This document shows positions 43,925 through 56,320 of a stretch of DNA of 64,000 nt, one piece after another; the first letter of the stretch is position 1; each line of letters opens with the position of its first letter. The DNA lies in the NCBI GenBank assembly GCA_040954595.2, contig CM082576.2, positions 17,655,028-17,719,027 of the forward strand, in the 5' to 3' direction. Position numbers and translations under genes: made by a program. The stretch comes from Balanoglossus misakiensis. Its lineage: Eukaryota; Animalia; Hemichordata. The notes beneath the pieces were generated by a model. That model was not told the DNA's origin, did not search any database, and saw nothing but the letters and a program-made list of their open reading frames with translations.

Positions 43925-46132
43925 TGTCACGATTGAGTTTTAACGATCATAGATCTTGTTTATGATTAAGTAAGAAGTCATTCACTTGTATGGTTTTAGT
44001 CCAGTATTGACATAGGTACTTGACCCAGAGTAAACAAGATTGTGTAATTGATACATGTCAGAAGGAGATAGAGATATCACGCGCTAAGTTCATGTTTAAG
44101 AAATATTAAGATGACGTGTTCTTTTTATGACTTAATACTTGACTAACGTATTAATAAGGTGTGGTGAAATTTGAGATCACACGTTTATAACGGGAGATCC
44201 GTGATGGGAGTCAACGAGCATGGATCGAGTCGTGTAATTCTTACGTGTGACCAGTAATAAACCAGAACTTTGTGTTACTCGGAAAACTTGTTGCAAGTCT
44301 CTGTCTACGAAAGGTTTACGATCTGCCGGGTACCTCTCTCGGACTTTATGAATATGTTGGGTGGAGAAGGAGATGGAGAGAATTTACGCCGTCACCCTTC
44401 GGACGTGGCTGATTCCCCACAGAAGCCCCGATGAGGTGAGCGTCCGAAGGACGGACGACCGGCCGTAGTAACAACATGGTGTTAGAATCCGGGTAGGCAG
44501 AGATGTTGCAAATGATTCCTGAACCGAGAAAGAAGAGAAAAAGCAGGCGAAACTGACGATTCAATGGTCTGCTTCAGAAGGAAACGAGAACAGAAAAAAG
44601 GTTGGTGCTGACTGTTGACTGCATGGAATGCGTGGACGGGTTTTCAACGATGGATCTGTTGTTTGATCAGAGGGGCGTCGTATCCAGAAGCATGTAGTTG
44701 AAGCAGTTCGGGCGACGAAGAAAAGAGGTCTCGTGGAATGAAGAAGGGAAGACTCTTGAATCGTCTGCTATCGCAAAAGAACTGTGATAGAATGACATTG
44801 AACTGAATAATCAGCCTTTTTAATCTATAGTTTGGGAGATTTGATCATTGAAATATTGCGTGATCGTATTTTCTTTGTCTACTCTGATGACGTGAGTTTT
44901 ATTAACCGCTTTTGATTTGATATTGTTTTCCACCAAGTTTTTGCCTTGTTTTCGACATTGTAATTGTGTATTCTTTTGTTGAAGTGATGCCGTGAAGTGT
45001 AGTGAAGTTTAATAGGTTTTTGAGGAGTTGTTGAAGTTTTTGTGATGACCGCAAGAGAGTCGGTCTGGTGATGAAGTCGTGATGTTTTGATGACCGCAAG
45101 GGAGACGGTCTGGCGTATGAAAATGGCCCCTTGAGTTGGCATGTGAGTTCATACGAGGGACAAGAGAGAAGTCCCAGAGTGTAGTTGATTTTATTGTAGT
45201 TTTACGCATCCTTTCACATAAGAATTCGTTTCCATTGTCGTGGTTATTTTTGAACGTGGCAGTATGATGAAGTGTATTATGTTTGTACACAAGAACTATC
45301 AGACTTGATTTTTTTACGCGGTTATTGACTGTTGAATTTTGCACTGGAAAAGAGACACTCTTTGACGAGAAGTCAGAACAGTGAAGTCGTTTTGAATTTT
45401 GACATTGAAAACGTTTTATGCGATTTTCTTCAATTTGTTTGAACAGGCTGTGATATTTTAAAGGTGATTATTGAGTTTGATTTTGACGTAGTTTATTTAA
45501 AACCGATAGCGCAGACCTGGTTTTCGTTTTCATTCTTTCTTTGATCGAACGTGGAAGTTCGATTATTGGAAAAGTGGGAAGTGTCACGATTGAGTTTTAA
45601 CGATCATAGATCTTGTTTATGATTAAGTAAGAAGTCATTCACTTGTATGGTTTTAGTCCAGTATTGACATAGGTACTTGACCCAGAGTAAACAAGATTGT
45701 GTAATTGATACATGTCAGAAGGAGATAGAGATATCACGCGCTAAGTTCATGTTTAAGAAATATTAAGATGACGTGTTCTTTTTATGACTTAATACTTGAC
45801 TAACGTATTAATAAGGTGTGGTGAAATTTGAGATCACACGTTTATAACGGGAGATCCGTGATGGGAGTCAACGAGCATAGATCGAGTCGTGTAATTCTTA
45901 CGTGTGACCAGTAATAAACCAGAACTTTGTGTTACTCGGAAAACTTGTTGCAAGTCTCTGTCTACGAAAGGTTTACGATCTGCCGGGTACCTCTCTCGGA
46001 CTTTATGAATATGTTGGGTGGAGAAGGAGATGGAGAGAATTTACGCCGTCACCCTTCGGACGTGGCTGATTCCCCACAGAAGCCCCGATGAGGTGAGCGT
46101 CCGAAGGACGGCGGGCGGGCGTAATAATAACA
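43925..46132 (+). mobile_element. Non-autonomous LTR retroelement (TRIM/LARD-like)
   Basis: ~552-bp direct repeats TGTCACGA...ACA at 43925-44476 and 45582-46132. PBS-like TGGTGTTAGAA at 44477, PPT GGAAAAGTGGGAAG before 45582. CTGTAC on both flanks (43917-43922, 46133-46138). Non-coding interior. Confidence 0.88.
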
Positions 46133-46629
46133 CTGTACTAAAAAAGTTGGATCAATCAATGGCTCATCCAAACCAAAACGTGTCCTAATAAAATTGTTAA
46201 CCATGTGATCGTTCCAATCAGTATTTGGAGTAAACATGTCTTGAATCTGTCGAAGGCTTACGCCCCTACATTTATGAAGTATGTAAAAAAAACAAAGTGA
46301 CCACACACAGTTGACAACGGGCCTTGTAACGTCATCTCATTGAAGTGATAGGCGGTTGTTGAATTTTTCTTCAAAAAATCAGTAAATTTTCGACCGTAGC
46401 TGGAAGGATCTCTCCCATACGAATCAAAAAATTCCCCTTCCCCATCATGATCAAAATATATCGCGAGCCAATGTTCACCTGGTAGTGTTGATGGATCAGT
46501 GTTGACGACAAAAGCTGCGGGAAATCTCGAAACGATACGAGGCAACTCGTCTCTTGCAAAAACACCTTCGAAATATGAACCGGAAAATTTATCAGCTCTT
46601 AGTATACGTGTAATTTGTAGCGAATTCAT
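46133..46629 (-). pseudogene. Polinton adenain-like cysteine protease (frameshifted; C-terminus displaced to 43890-43922 by the LTR insertion)
   Basis: VVNTD...GEHWLA...FFDSYG...LQ...STVCGH. Frameshift near 46290, then CFFYILHK...NDHMV. Tail VQ-MAKSFMGR* lies across the insertion. Confidence 0.9.
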
Positions 46630-47969
46630 CTCGAATAGTCAGTAATGACGTTTCTCGGTTTATCAATTTGTATTATGTTTTCAAACTCGGCGTACACTAT
46701 TAAGCTAATTGTTTCCTGTAATGCGTTATCAAAGTGTACTTCGACACTCAATGTCCCATTGTCAACTATGTTGAAATGATCACCACCGCCTGATAAATCT
46801 GGCGTCAGGTTGAATGCAAACAAGCAACTCCCTCCTATAAAATCATCTCTGTCTATGCAATGACCTCTATCATCCGTGAAAATGTCTGTCCCTGAAAATA
46901 ATGTCTCATAAGCTCTGATATAATTTGCCCCACCCTGTGGTGAAAATTTAGGGGTCAATGGTTTCCCGGTGACCAACTGGCTGTTTTTAAATACCGCTAA
47001 ATAATTTATACCATGTGTCTTAAAATTGAACGGGTTTTTCCGATATGAACCGTTGTATGCATCAGAATCAACAAATCCTATAATAAGGCGTCTCGGTAGT
47101 GATCCTAGAAATATATTTTCCTTCGTGAAGGTCAAATGTCCTGGGGTTACAGCATACGATTTACATTCAACCCTGGTGATAGGATATTTTGTTGGGGATA
47201 TCTCTAGGGCCCTGGCATGACTCTCCAAGATGAATGGGGCAACCTTTACCCGTCGGATATGTAGACTGGCATCCAAGATTTGAACTTTGTACCCTGTCTC
47301 GGGTTGGCTTGACATCAAGCAAAATTCATTTTTTCCTCTATAAAGTTTCAATTTCAAGTCAACACCATTCAACAGGAGCCGTTTCTGGAAAAATATATCG
47401 CTGTGAATAGGTCCAACTAAGTCGACTATCTTACTCCTACTGGTGAACGCGTGTCGTGTCTTCAGTCCATCATTAACCGCATCTTCGGAAAGTGGATTCG
47501 CAGTGTCAAACGCACCCGCCGTGTCTTTGTAAAACAACGCTGAGGTAAGATGTGTCGATTTTGCCTCACTGGAATAATTCAGAAGGGTTTCAATGTATGC
47601 ACGATAGGCGTAGGTGTTATTAGACGAGGAGACAACTCGCCCACCGAGGGAGACTTCCAACTGAGAGAATAGACTATGAAGCAGGAGGTTCGTTGGTCCC
47701 ACTTCTGCAGCAGCAGGCAATTCAGTTCCGTCGGCGGCTGTAACTTTAGCCTTAATGAAAAGTCTTGTCATAGGCAGATCGATGTATTCAGCCGCTGAAC
47801 CAGTCACAACAAATTCGATCGGTGATCCTTCAGCGAGTGTGGAAATCGGGTTAAATTGAACCATTCGACTCTCCAGCAAGCTCGTCTGTGTCGGTGGAAC
47901 AGAGAATAAATCTAGTTCGCTCTTGGTGCATTCACATGACGATCGATCCACAAAGCTACTGCTGACCAT
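46626..47969 (-). CDS. Polinton major capsid protein (double jelly-roll, PY)
   Basis: Intact 447-aa ORF. CTKSELDLFSVPPTQTS, LLHSLFSQ, YAYRAYIETLLNY, YxKNPFNF and FAFNLTPD are typical of Polinton MCPs. Confidence 0.9.
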   Translation of the reverse strand: MVSSSFVDRSSCECTKSELDLFSVPPTQTSLLESRMVQFNPISTLAEGSPIEFVVTGSAAEYIDLPMTRLFIKAKVTAADGTELPAAAEVGPTNLLLHSLFSQLEVSLGGRVVSSSNNTYAYRAYIETLLNYSSEAKSTHLTSALFYKDTAGAFDTANPLSEDAVNDGLKTRHAFTSRSKIVDLVGPIHSDIFFQKRLLLNGVDLKLKLYRGKNEFCLMSSQPETGYKVQILDASLHIRRVKVAPFILESHARALEISPTKYPITRVECKSYAVTPGHLTFTKENIFLGSLPRRLIIGFVDSDAYNGSYRKNPFNFKTHGINYLAVFKNSQLVTGKPLTPKFSPQGGANYIRAYETLFSGTDIFTDDRGHCIDRDDFIGGSCLFAFNLTPDLSGGGDHFNIVDNGTLSVEVHFDNALQETISLIVYAEFENIIQIDKPRNVITDYSR

Positions 47970-47991
47970 CTTTCTTCTACAATACTATTTC

Positions 47992-48390
47992 TTAGGTGAA
48001 AATATCACGAGGAACTCTGCTAGAACTCTTCCTGATGGATGCGGATGATGAACTAGTCCGCTTTGTCCGTTTACCACCGCTTATGTGTGTGCGTAAACTA
48101 AGGACAGCCCGTTTACCCAGTGTTTTAGCACTCTCGCGAGAACGTGATTTCAATGACGTTTTCCAGTTCTGTCCCGAGGCAATGTCACCAATCACATTCA
48201 CCCCTGTATGGAGAGCAGTCTTCCCAATTTCTCGGACACCCTGCTTCAGCATCGGTAAGACAAAGCGCGACAGACCGCCTAACACTTCACCGAGACCCGA
48301 TCCACGTTGATATGTGGTACCGCGATATACAGGGAAATTATTCCCTCTGGCCTGGTTAAGATAATAGCTGTGGTAGGAGTCGGAGATCAT
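47992..48390 (-). CDS. Polinton basic core protein (pVII/PW-like)
   Basis: YYLNQARG...VYRG...QRGSGLG adenain-type cleavage motif, basic tail ending DIFT. Lies between penton and MCP. Confidence 0.75.
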   Translation of the reverse strand: MISDSYHSYYLNQARGNNFPVYRGTTYQRGSGLGEVLGGLSRFVLPMLKQGVREIGKTALHTGVNVIGDIASGQNWKTSLKSRSRESAKTLGKRAVLSLRTHISGGKRTKRTSSSSASIRKSSSRVPRDIFT

Positions 48391-49301
48391 GGTTCAAGAA
48401 TGATGCAGATTTGTAAGTCTATAGCAAATAGGGTGGACGTCTCTGTCTGAAGTGAAGTTTTACGGTCACTCTCCCAGACTCAAATGGCACGGGTCTACCT
48501 TGACCGTCTCTTATGTCGATCTCCACCGTCTCAAAATGATTGCGACTGAGGGGTAAATAGTGGGGATTATTGACTGTGTATGTCACAGCCTGTCTATGTA
48601 TTCCTTCAACAGGAACATTGCATAGCAAAGGTGCGGAGATGTTCCCGACCAACTGATATTGTATCAGATCGGTGTAAACATAGAGTACGTGGAGTGCTGA
48701 GTCTACATCCGCCTGTCTCTCTGCAGTCCCTTTACCCACTTTCATCCCAGGACTCATACCAAGCATCTCGGCTACCTCCGTGTTAAGCTCGATGCAATAT
48801 CCTTCATCAATCTCATACCCCACACGTCCTGTGCGACTGTTGTATTTTATTTTTACATGATTTACCAATGTTTCGGGTATCCTATTGATAAAGCATGCTA
48901 TCAGGTCTTCTGCATCTCTATAATACCCTGCAGGGATACGTATGTTTTCATCCTTCCTGGTATTGTTACTCTCATTCACATGTTCATTATCTTCGATCTT
49001 CACACTTGTGCATTTAATCATATTCCCTCGATTTGAAACATTGTTCCAGGACGTAGGGTATATTATTTGAACAAGCGCCACCTCCCACTCCCCGCTTAAC
49101 TCATGGTTCCACAGCTGTCAATCACACTGAACCCTCAGCCAATCAGAGCCCAGAAAAGTCATGCTGTTGCGCAACCGCCATTTTGTCCCACATATAATCA
49201 ACAACGTCGCCTACAGTACACGCCCAGAATAGGGAGACAGACAGCTGCCTAAAAGTTTTATTTCTGTATTGGAAATTTATTGGTTTTAAATATCGGCCAA
49301 A

Positions 49302-52300
49302 ATGGTGAAGAGATGCGCCTGGGGGACATGTAAATCGGACGAACGGTACCTTGACCCAACATCGCGTATATATTTTGTCCCGTTTCCGAAGCCAAAAACG
49401 CAGAGAGAGAGGTGTCTCAGGTGGATAAAAGCTTGCGGACGACCACATTATCAACTAAATGTTGAGAACATCAACAAACACAAGTATGTTTGCTCAAAGG
49501 TAAGAAATGACTTTTTTGTAATTCCAAAATGTGTATTTGCTCATCGTGAATTCATGGTTCTGATGGTAGCTTGGTCTTGGAAAAAAAATTCCGTCGCTTT
49601 CTGTAAACAGACCCGTCACCATGGTCACGCGTCGCGAGTCGTCTGCTCAAAATTATTACGAATATTTCATGGCAATCATCATGATTCTGTAATGAAGTCA
49701 TATAAAAATGTTATTGTGATGTATTGTCGTTGATTCAAAGCATTTTAATAAAAAAATGCATGTTCTGTAGTTGATTTCGGGTCACGTCACGCTGATGACA
49801 TGACCCGCCATGACCCCGAACCTGTCGTCAGTGCAATGAAAACAAACTACACTGCTCCCGGCTCCCCGATCCCATTCTTACCGTGACCAATTCTAATGGC
49901 TAGATGTGCCCAAATAAAACTTGCGATCGGATCGATCGTGTGTTGTCATCTTACTGATTTATCTAAATCTTGATTGACGTTTCTGTTTCGTTTTCAGCAT
50001 TTTCCCGACGCCAATGGGCCAACGCCAGGATGTACAGACCCGCTACCAGCTGATGGCAGTACCTATACTCCCACAAGGTTACCACCAAAAAGAAGATGTC
50101 AATCTGACCAACACACACCGGATTATTTGCCTCTCAAAAGAAAATGCCTTGCAAGTGCGTTTGAGAATGTAATGAAGTAAGTGTTCACAGCCATATTTTC
50201 TGCATTTCAAAATAGAGTATCTAAGTTGGGACAATAACAAAATAATCATTGGATTTAATGTAAGTGTCCTTTGTTATTGTGTATGTTTCTACTCTGACCT
50301 TTGGAAATTCTCCATATCATATGAAACAGTAAACTAATTCTAATAATCTTTTCCAAACAAGTGTTCTTCCATGGACAGCTATCTGTTTCAGTGGTGTGGA
50401 TATTTTCAGAAAATATTCATCCAGTAATATTGGTATGTAATGGTGTGAATTATTTTGTTGTTATAGTGCCCCATATCAACAAAATGTTACAAGACAAGTG
50501 GAAACTGATGAAAACATCAATATCCAGCGGCAGACAAGAAGTGTAGGCACTCAAACAGAACATGCATGTAAGTATAATTAACATTAAGGCTCCAACATTT
50601 ATGTGTACTACTGTTGAAAGTTGAATTACTGTTTTGATTGAAATTCTTTCATCAACAATATTGATGTGTCAGGAATGAAATAGGCTGCCACAATGTTGAT
50701 AAGCAAATCATTGGATATTTTAGTGTGGTGTATGCGATCAATATAAAACACTACTCATTTTTAAAAAGGGTTTATTAATTAACATTTTGAAAGATATGGT
50801 TTTGCATGATTTTTGAAAAAAAGGCTAAGCTTAGTCAACATCTCCTGCATATATAAAATATCTGGAAAAACGCGCTGTGTGAACAAGTCATTTTGTGTAA
50901 AGACAACAAAATCACAAAATTCTGCCCCTGAAACCATTAACTGACCCTGTACTTGTGAAAAATATGCATGATTTTTCTTTAGAACTTTATCACCATTAGG
51001 GGAATACTTGAGCATAAAATTGGGAAGTTTGCTGATAGCATCCTCAATGGTCAAATTTCGTGCACTGTAAGGACATTTACATTCGATTATTCCGCACCTA
51101 CCATCATCACATACCCTCCCATCAGGGGTTGCACCCAGAAACCCAAATTCTTTATTGACAATCAAACCACATTCATGTATATGTCTGTTTTTGAATACAT
51201 CCAAATAGTTGGATTTTGCTTTTGGTTCATTACGTTTACCATATTCCAAAGAAATAGCTGTTATTGATTTGTTTTGAAACAAGCTATCAAGAAATTTTAC
51301 AGATGGAGCTGATTTCCGATGAACAATCCTGCCAAAATTTGAAGCGGTCAGGCGACATGCCCTTGCTTTTTGCCAGTTGTTGAACCCAGCTTCTCCCCTT
51401 GTCTCTAGTTCAAGTTTTTCTGGACAGGTCTGTTCAAAATCTTCATTCAGGCTTATAAATTCTGCTGGAAGACTGACTGGAGCTTTTTTGGGTAAAAGTG
51501 TTGGTCCACAGCCATGGCTAATTGATGGCTCGGTTGTCTTCATATTGTTCATCTGCAAAAACAAATGAAAATATTGCAAAATACATTTGAAGTACATATT
51601 TTCTGTCTATTTTTTCAGGGATATCACCACTTGACCTTCTAGCACAGAGTGCCGAAATTTGTAGAATGGAACAGAAACTACAGCAGAAGGATGACACGAT
51701 CGATAAACTCAATGCTCAGCTATCGGAAAAAGATGAAAAAATCAAAACACAGACCGATAGTAAATTTGGTGTATCAGCTGTCCTCAAACGTCAGAAGAAA
51801 CTGAAGGGACTATTCAAATATTATACTGGAATCACATATGTTAGATTTATTGCTTTATTGACATTTCTTTTACCAAACAAAACAGTTTTAAACTACAAGA
51901 AAAAGAGAGTTGATGTGAAAAATTTAACTAGTAGAAATTGTTTATTTCTGTGTCTGTGTCGTCTTCGACACAATTTTGGGTTGCGGGATGTGGCTGTTAG
52001 GTTCCAGATTGGGCTGCAGTCAGCTGGAGATATTTTCAATACCTGGATTGATCACATGTATTGGAAATTTGGCCAGCTTAATATTTGGCCACACAGAAAT
52101 ATAATCATGGGGAAAATGCCGCCAAATTTCAAGACCGATTTTAAGACCACCATGGTAATTATTGATTGTACCGAATTGAAAACTCAGTCGCCAAGTGCTT
52201 TAGGCCTTCAAAGCCAATTATATAGCGATTATAAGTCTAACACAACATTGAAAAGTTTAGTGGGCTGTGACCCTAGTGGTTCTTTAGTTTTTGTTTCTGA

Positions 52301-52706
52301 ATTATTTACTGGGGGGATATCTGATGTTGAAATTTCAAGGGAGAGTGGGTTTCTTAATTTGTTACAGGATTTATTAGTTAGTGGGTACCTTAAAAGGGGG
52401 GATGCCATTATGGCGGATAAGGGGTTTACACTTAACAATGAAATAGCTGGACTTGGTTTAGAATTGAATATTCCCCCTTTTGTTTCTTCCACTGCACAAA
52501 TGTCTGTTGCAGAAACAGAAACCACAGAAAAAATAGCCAAACACAGAATACACATTGAAAGACTAATAGCCAAAGTAAAAACATACAAAATTGTCTCTGA
52601 AACTATACCAACCTCTCTTTTTAGAAAGATTAATTCTATCTGGTCTGTCTGTAGTTATTTAACTCTCTTTCAGGATGTTTTTGTAAAAGAGAAAGAAGTA
52701 AAATAA
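49302..52706 (+). CDS. THAP + HTH + IS5-like (DDE_Tnp_4) transposase, ~521 aa, 4 exons
   Basis: Exons 49302-49499 (CAWGTC...FP...W...VCSK), 49998-50176 (HF), 50467-50567, 51619-52706 (IIDCTE, SD, MADKGF, RIHIERLI). Phases 0/2/1 are consistent; no stops. Confidence 0.88.
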
Positions 52707-54515
52707 ACACATTTTTTATCACAAGCGACCGTAACCAGTTAGCAGGATTGATATGCAGGTTATGATGAGAAGCTGAATAATAATAATAATAATTAATAAT
52801 TTATTTATTTATTTTATTTTTTATGAGAATACATGAATGTCTGAATGTTATGATTGTATTTTGAATCTGGTAATAAATAACATTTTTACCCTATATTAAT
52901 TGTAACATTTATTTCTCTGAGTGGTTTCTGGGGGAAGGACAGCAATACAATCTTTTCCATGAGAAAATTTAATTTTTGGCCAATTATGTTGTAAAGGACA
53001 AAAGAAAAAGTGACAAGGAAAACTTGTCAATAAATATGCAATATTCCCAATATTATCTCTTTGTATATCATCTTATTCACTACACTGCACTACTGTACAG
53101 TACAGTAATACTGGTAAATCACTCACCTGGTAAGATAAAATGGATCCTAGCTGTACTTCACCAAAAGGAGATTGAGTCATAGGGACATCGCTGGATACAG
53201 TGTACTCTAAGGGTGTGCCTTTGATTCCCTTCAGAATTTCTATGTCCTCTGATGTTACTTTGGGCATCCTGGAAAAAATATTGCCATTGTTGATGAACGT
53301 TTTTGTTCAAAATATTCTAGCCTTGAAACCCTGTATTTCTCTGCCCCTGTGCCAATTCCAATTTCTTGATCTACTGTGAATAGTTTGATGAAATATTCAG
53401 TCTTATATTGTTGACAATGAATTCAAGTCTTGTCTTGGATCCCATTGTCATCAATAATAATGCTGTTCTTATCAATATTTTCAAATAGATACTTACTTTC
53501 TACTGGTGTCTATCTGGCAAACTATAGGTCGCCGTCGCCTTGATTCAGCTAATGGCCTGGCTACAACAACATGATTTATTGGAACAGGTTTTATTTTGGG
53601 TCCCCTTGGAACATGCCATTGTTGTGGTATAGTGGTACAGCTCAGCTGGGTTGGTACTGATGAAAAATTATGAAGTTTTAAGCCCTGTAGAGATTTCAGT
53701 AGCCCGATAACATGTGAGCAGTGACCACTTAAACCAGAAAAGATAAAAAAAACGACAGGGTTTAATTCTTTAATGTACTAAAGCCTTCTTTTCAAAGCAA
53801 ATCTTTTGAAACACAACCTTGACCTTGCGGTGAGAGCCCCGGCGGAAAGTTTTGCATAAAGGTCACTGAACAAGTCAACCGCCGATCAATGACAAGTGAA
53901 GCCCCCGCGCCCGTATGCGTACCGCTACGGCATCACTAGCACTCGGGCTACACGTTGCCGATATACGAACACATTCACCAAATCATTTTGCAAGATCCAC
54001 GGAATTGTTGTCCTGACATATGAACAGTTTTCACAATATCAGTTGTTATGTAATGAACTGAGAATCCCCTTGCAGTCTAGCCCCCCCCCCTTTCACGTTG
54101 ACGTCATGATACTTGATCGGCGCCGCCTTTTCGCCACGATCATATAAATACCAATATTTGAAATGTGGTAAATTTTACGGATGAACAAAAGATAATGTGT
54201 AAATAAAATGACTTACCCTGCTTTGCACGTACAGTAAGCGTTCGTTATTTTTTTATCCACCGTCGAAATTGAGATGTCGATACGGTGCGGAAGCTCTGAC
54301 TTTCTCATGGATCTCCAACACCGCGCACGAATGTTTACCTCCGCAGTGTTACTGTCGTCAACTTTTATATCATGGACATAACCTTGAGTAAAATAGTTTA
54401 AACCCTTTTCCTGTGACTTCTTGGATAGGTTTTTGAACTCTGGGAGGTAGCATACAGAAATGTCGCCAGGAACATTGCGCAGACTATCGCTGAACGATTC
54501 CAGTTTCCCCGCCAT
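50779..54515 (-). CDS. SWIM zinc finger + YqaJ/lambda-exonuclease protein, ~483 aa, 4 exons
   Basis: Exons 54217-54515 (CTCKAG), ~53497-53733 (LSGHCSH...SCTTIPQQWHVP), 53127-53268, 50779-51552 (RLTASNFG, ATPDG, IECKCP, YFSQVQGQL, CDFVV). The exon-2 acceptor reads GG rather than AG; an in-frame AG lies 6 nt inside. Confidence 0.82.
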
Positions 54516-54732
54516 GTTTATTTACATTGGGGAGGTCAATGTCCCACAAGCTCAAAGCTTGTGGGGCGTAGCAACAGTAACCAAGGGGGGCGTGGCTTAT
54601 GCCCGTAGAGTGGAACCATGAACTCCATCCTGTGCGCAAGTTTCGTAACATAATGTGTCGTTGTATTACCAGGGTAGACATGCTGACTTGAATCACACGG
54701 TAGCAAGATGTAGAACTCCATAACTGTATGTT

Positions 54733-55830
54733 TTAAACACTCTTTATGTTGTTGATATCCTGAACCCAGGAGTCAAACTGACGTGGATAGCCCAGCCATC
54801 TAACTAAATATTCGGTCGATCCTCTTCTACGTCGTTTACGTAGAACTTTCTCGATCCGATACAGATCATCCGTTTTGACCACTTTTGTCAGCTCCAACTC
54901 GTAAAAAGTTCCTGTGATAACCTCGTTGTTGTAATCAGCTAGCCTGTACACAGGATAGCGACGCGCGACACGTTTTACAACGGTGAATATTTCCTCTGAA
55001 AAATTCGTTTTGTATCCTTTCGCAAACACACCTCTGTTTGTCGATATCCTAACCTTATCACCAACTTTGAATTTGAACTTGAATGGTTGTGAGAGGGATC
55101 GCTTGATGTCACCTCCATGAAGTCTTCGCCAAATGAGTAACTGGTTTTCACTGGTCACGTCCACAGGCTTTTCTTGTGTTGTGGTGTGACGAGTATTATT
55201 GTATGATTCAATAAAATGTTTGAGTTGATCGAGATATTTATAATCTCCTTTCAACGTGAAATACCGATACATTCGTCCTTTCAGAGTACGATGGAACCGC
55301 TCAACTATAGCACACTTAGTATTCTCATTCTGGGCTGTGTAATGCTCAATCCCTCGCTGTTTAAGAAATTCCTGAAATTTTCTACTGGTGAATTCACCAC
55401 CTTTATCAGTATAAATTTTTTCGGGTGTTCTTCCTGATCGCGGGAAAATCTTCTTAACGCCATCAATAATAGTTTGAGGGAATTTATTTTTTACCGGCTC
55501 AGCGAATGCATATCTGGATAACACATCGATACATGTTAATAGGTATTTCACACCTCTATTGTATCTGGACAGAGAAGATACATCGGTGAGGTCCATCTGC
55601 CATATCTCATCAACTCGGAAGGCAATCGTTTTATTCCGCAGAAATTTCTTCCTCGCAGTTTTATGGAGAGTATAGCTATCCTGGGTTGTTAGCCATTTTC
55701 TGATCTTCCCCTTGGAGACATTATACAGGCCTTCATCTTTTACCGCCTTGTGTAATCCGTCTACGCCAGCAAATGCAGAGACATTTTGGGGTTCGCTGTA
55801 CTTTTGACTTAGGTATCTGTCTAGCTCCAT
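54733..55830 (-). CDS. Polinton retroviral-like integrase with C-terminal chromodomain
   Basis: WQMDLTD...CIDVLSRY...YTDKGGEF...VERFHRTLK. Chromodomain YRIEKVLRKR...YLVRWLGYP..FDSW. Intact. Confidence 0.93.
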   Translation of the reverse strand: MELDRYLSQKYSEPQNVSAFAGVDGLHKAVKDEGLYNVSKGKIRKWLTTQDSYTLHKTARKKFLRNKTIAFRVDEIWQMDLTDVSSLSRYNRGVKYLLTCIDVLSRYAFAEPVKNKFPQTIIDGVKKIFPRSGRTPEKIYTDKGGEFTSRKFQEFLKQRGIEHYTAQNENTKCAIVERFHRTLKGRMYRYFTLKGDYKYLDQLKHFIESYNNTRHTTTQEKPVDVTSENQLLIWRRLHGGDIKRSLSQPFKFKFKVGDKVRISTNRGVFAKGYKTNFSEEIFTVVKRVARRYPVYRLADYNNEVITGTFYELELTKVVKTDDLYRIEKVLRKRRRRGSTEYLVRWLGYPRQFDSWVQDINNIKSV

Positions 55831-56320
55831 CCGTGAATGTTGAGTTTTTAACCACAATACGACTACCAAAACACGCACACACACATTTCACACGATTGAA
55901 TAGACGTGAAAATCGCAAGGGTAACCATCCACAGCACGACATGTTCTTACAATGACATCCGTCTCTAGACAGGGGTTATCATAGACTGATCAGTATCGAT
56001 GCAAATCATTTAGATTTATCTTTGTTAAAAACTTTAACAATAAATATGATTATCAAAGTGGGGAGGGAGGGCTTTTGATAGAAGCACACGCACACAAACA
56101 ATCACTCATAAAACAACAAAGTGTTTTCTGTTTCACATAATTAATCGTAAATTTTAATAGCACCATCAGCTAGAAATAATAGTATATATTTCGAAAGTAA
56201 GAAAAAAAAACACGCAATAACACATCAAAACAGATTTTCAAGTAAAAAAAAAAAGCAACACGGTGTGATATCAGTTTTCTGTCCATGGTTAAGAGTTATT
56301 TTGTTCACTCATTCATTACT

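Larger units (their letters stand above)
49102..54620. mobile_element. PHIS-group (ISL2EU/IS4EU-like) DNA transposon with THAP-DDE transposase and SWIM-YqaJ exonuclease genes
   Basis: TIR (T)CATGGTTCCAC / GTGGAACCATG(A). Flanks duplicated as AACT (or AC if the TIR is read as 12 bp). Excision restores the penton frame exactly. Confidence 0.9.
48419..54721 (-). pseudogene. Polinton minor capsid (penton, PX) split by a DNA transposon
   Basis: N-term MEFYILLPCDSS...PGNT...TKLAHRME (54721-54625) rejoins LSGEWEVALVQI... (49101 to 48419; LYVYTDLI, PLL, YLPL, LHFR) when 49102-54620 is removed. Confidence 0.9.

Noticed and set aside
44346-46306. Small ORFs inside the LTR element
   Set aside because: No gag/pol motifs; the 46049-46306 frame is the protease tail running into LTR sequence.
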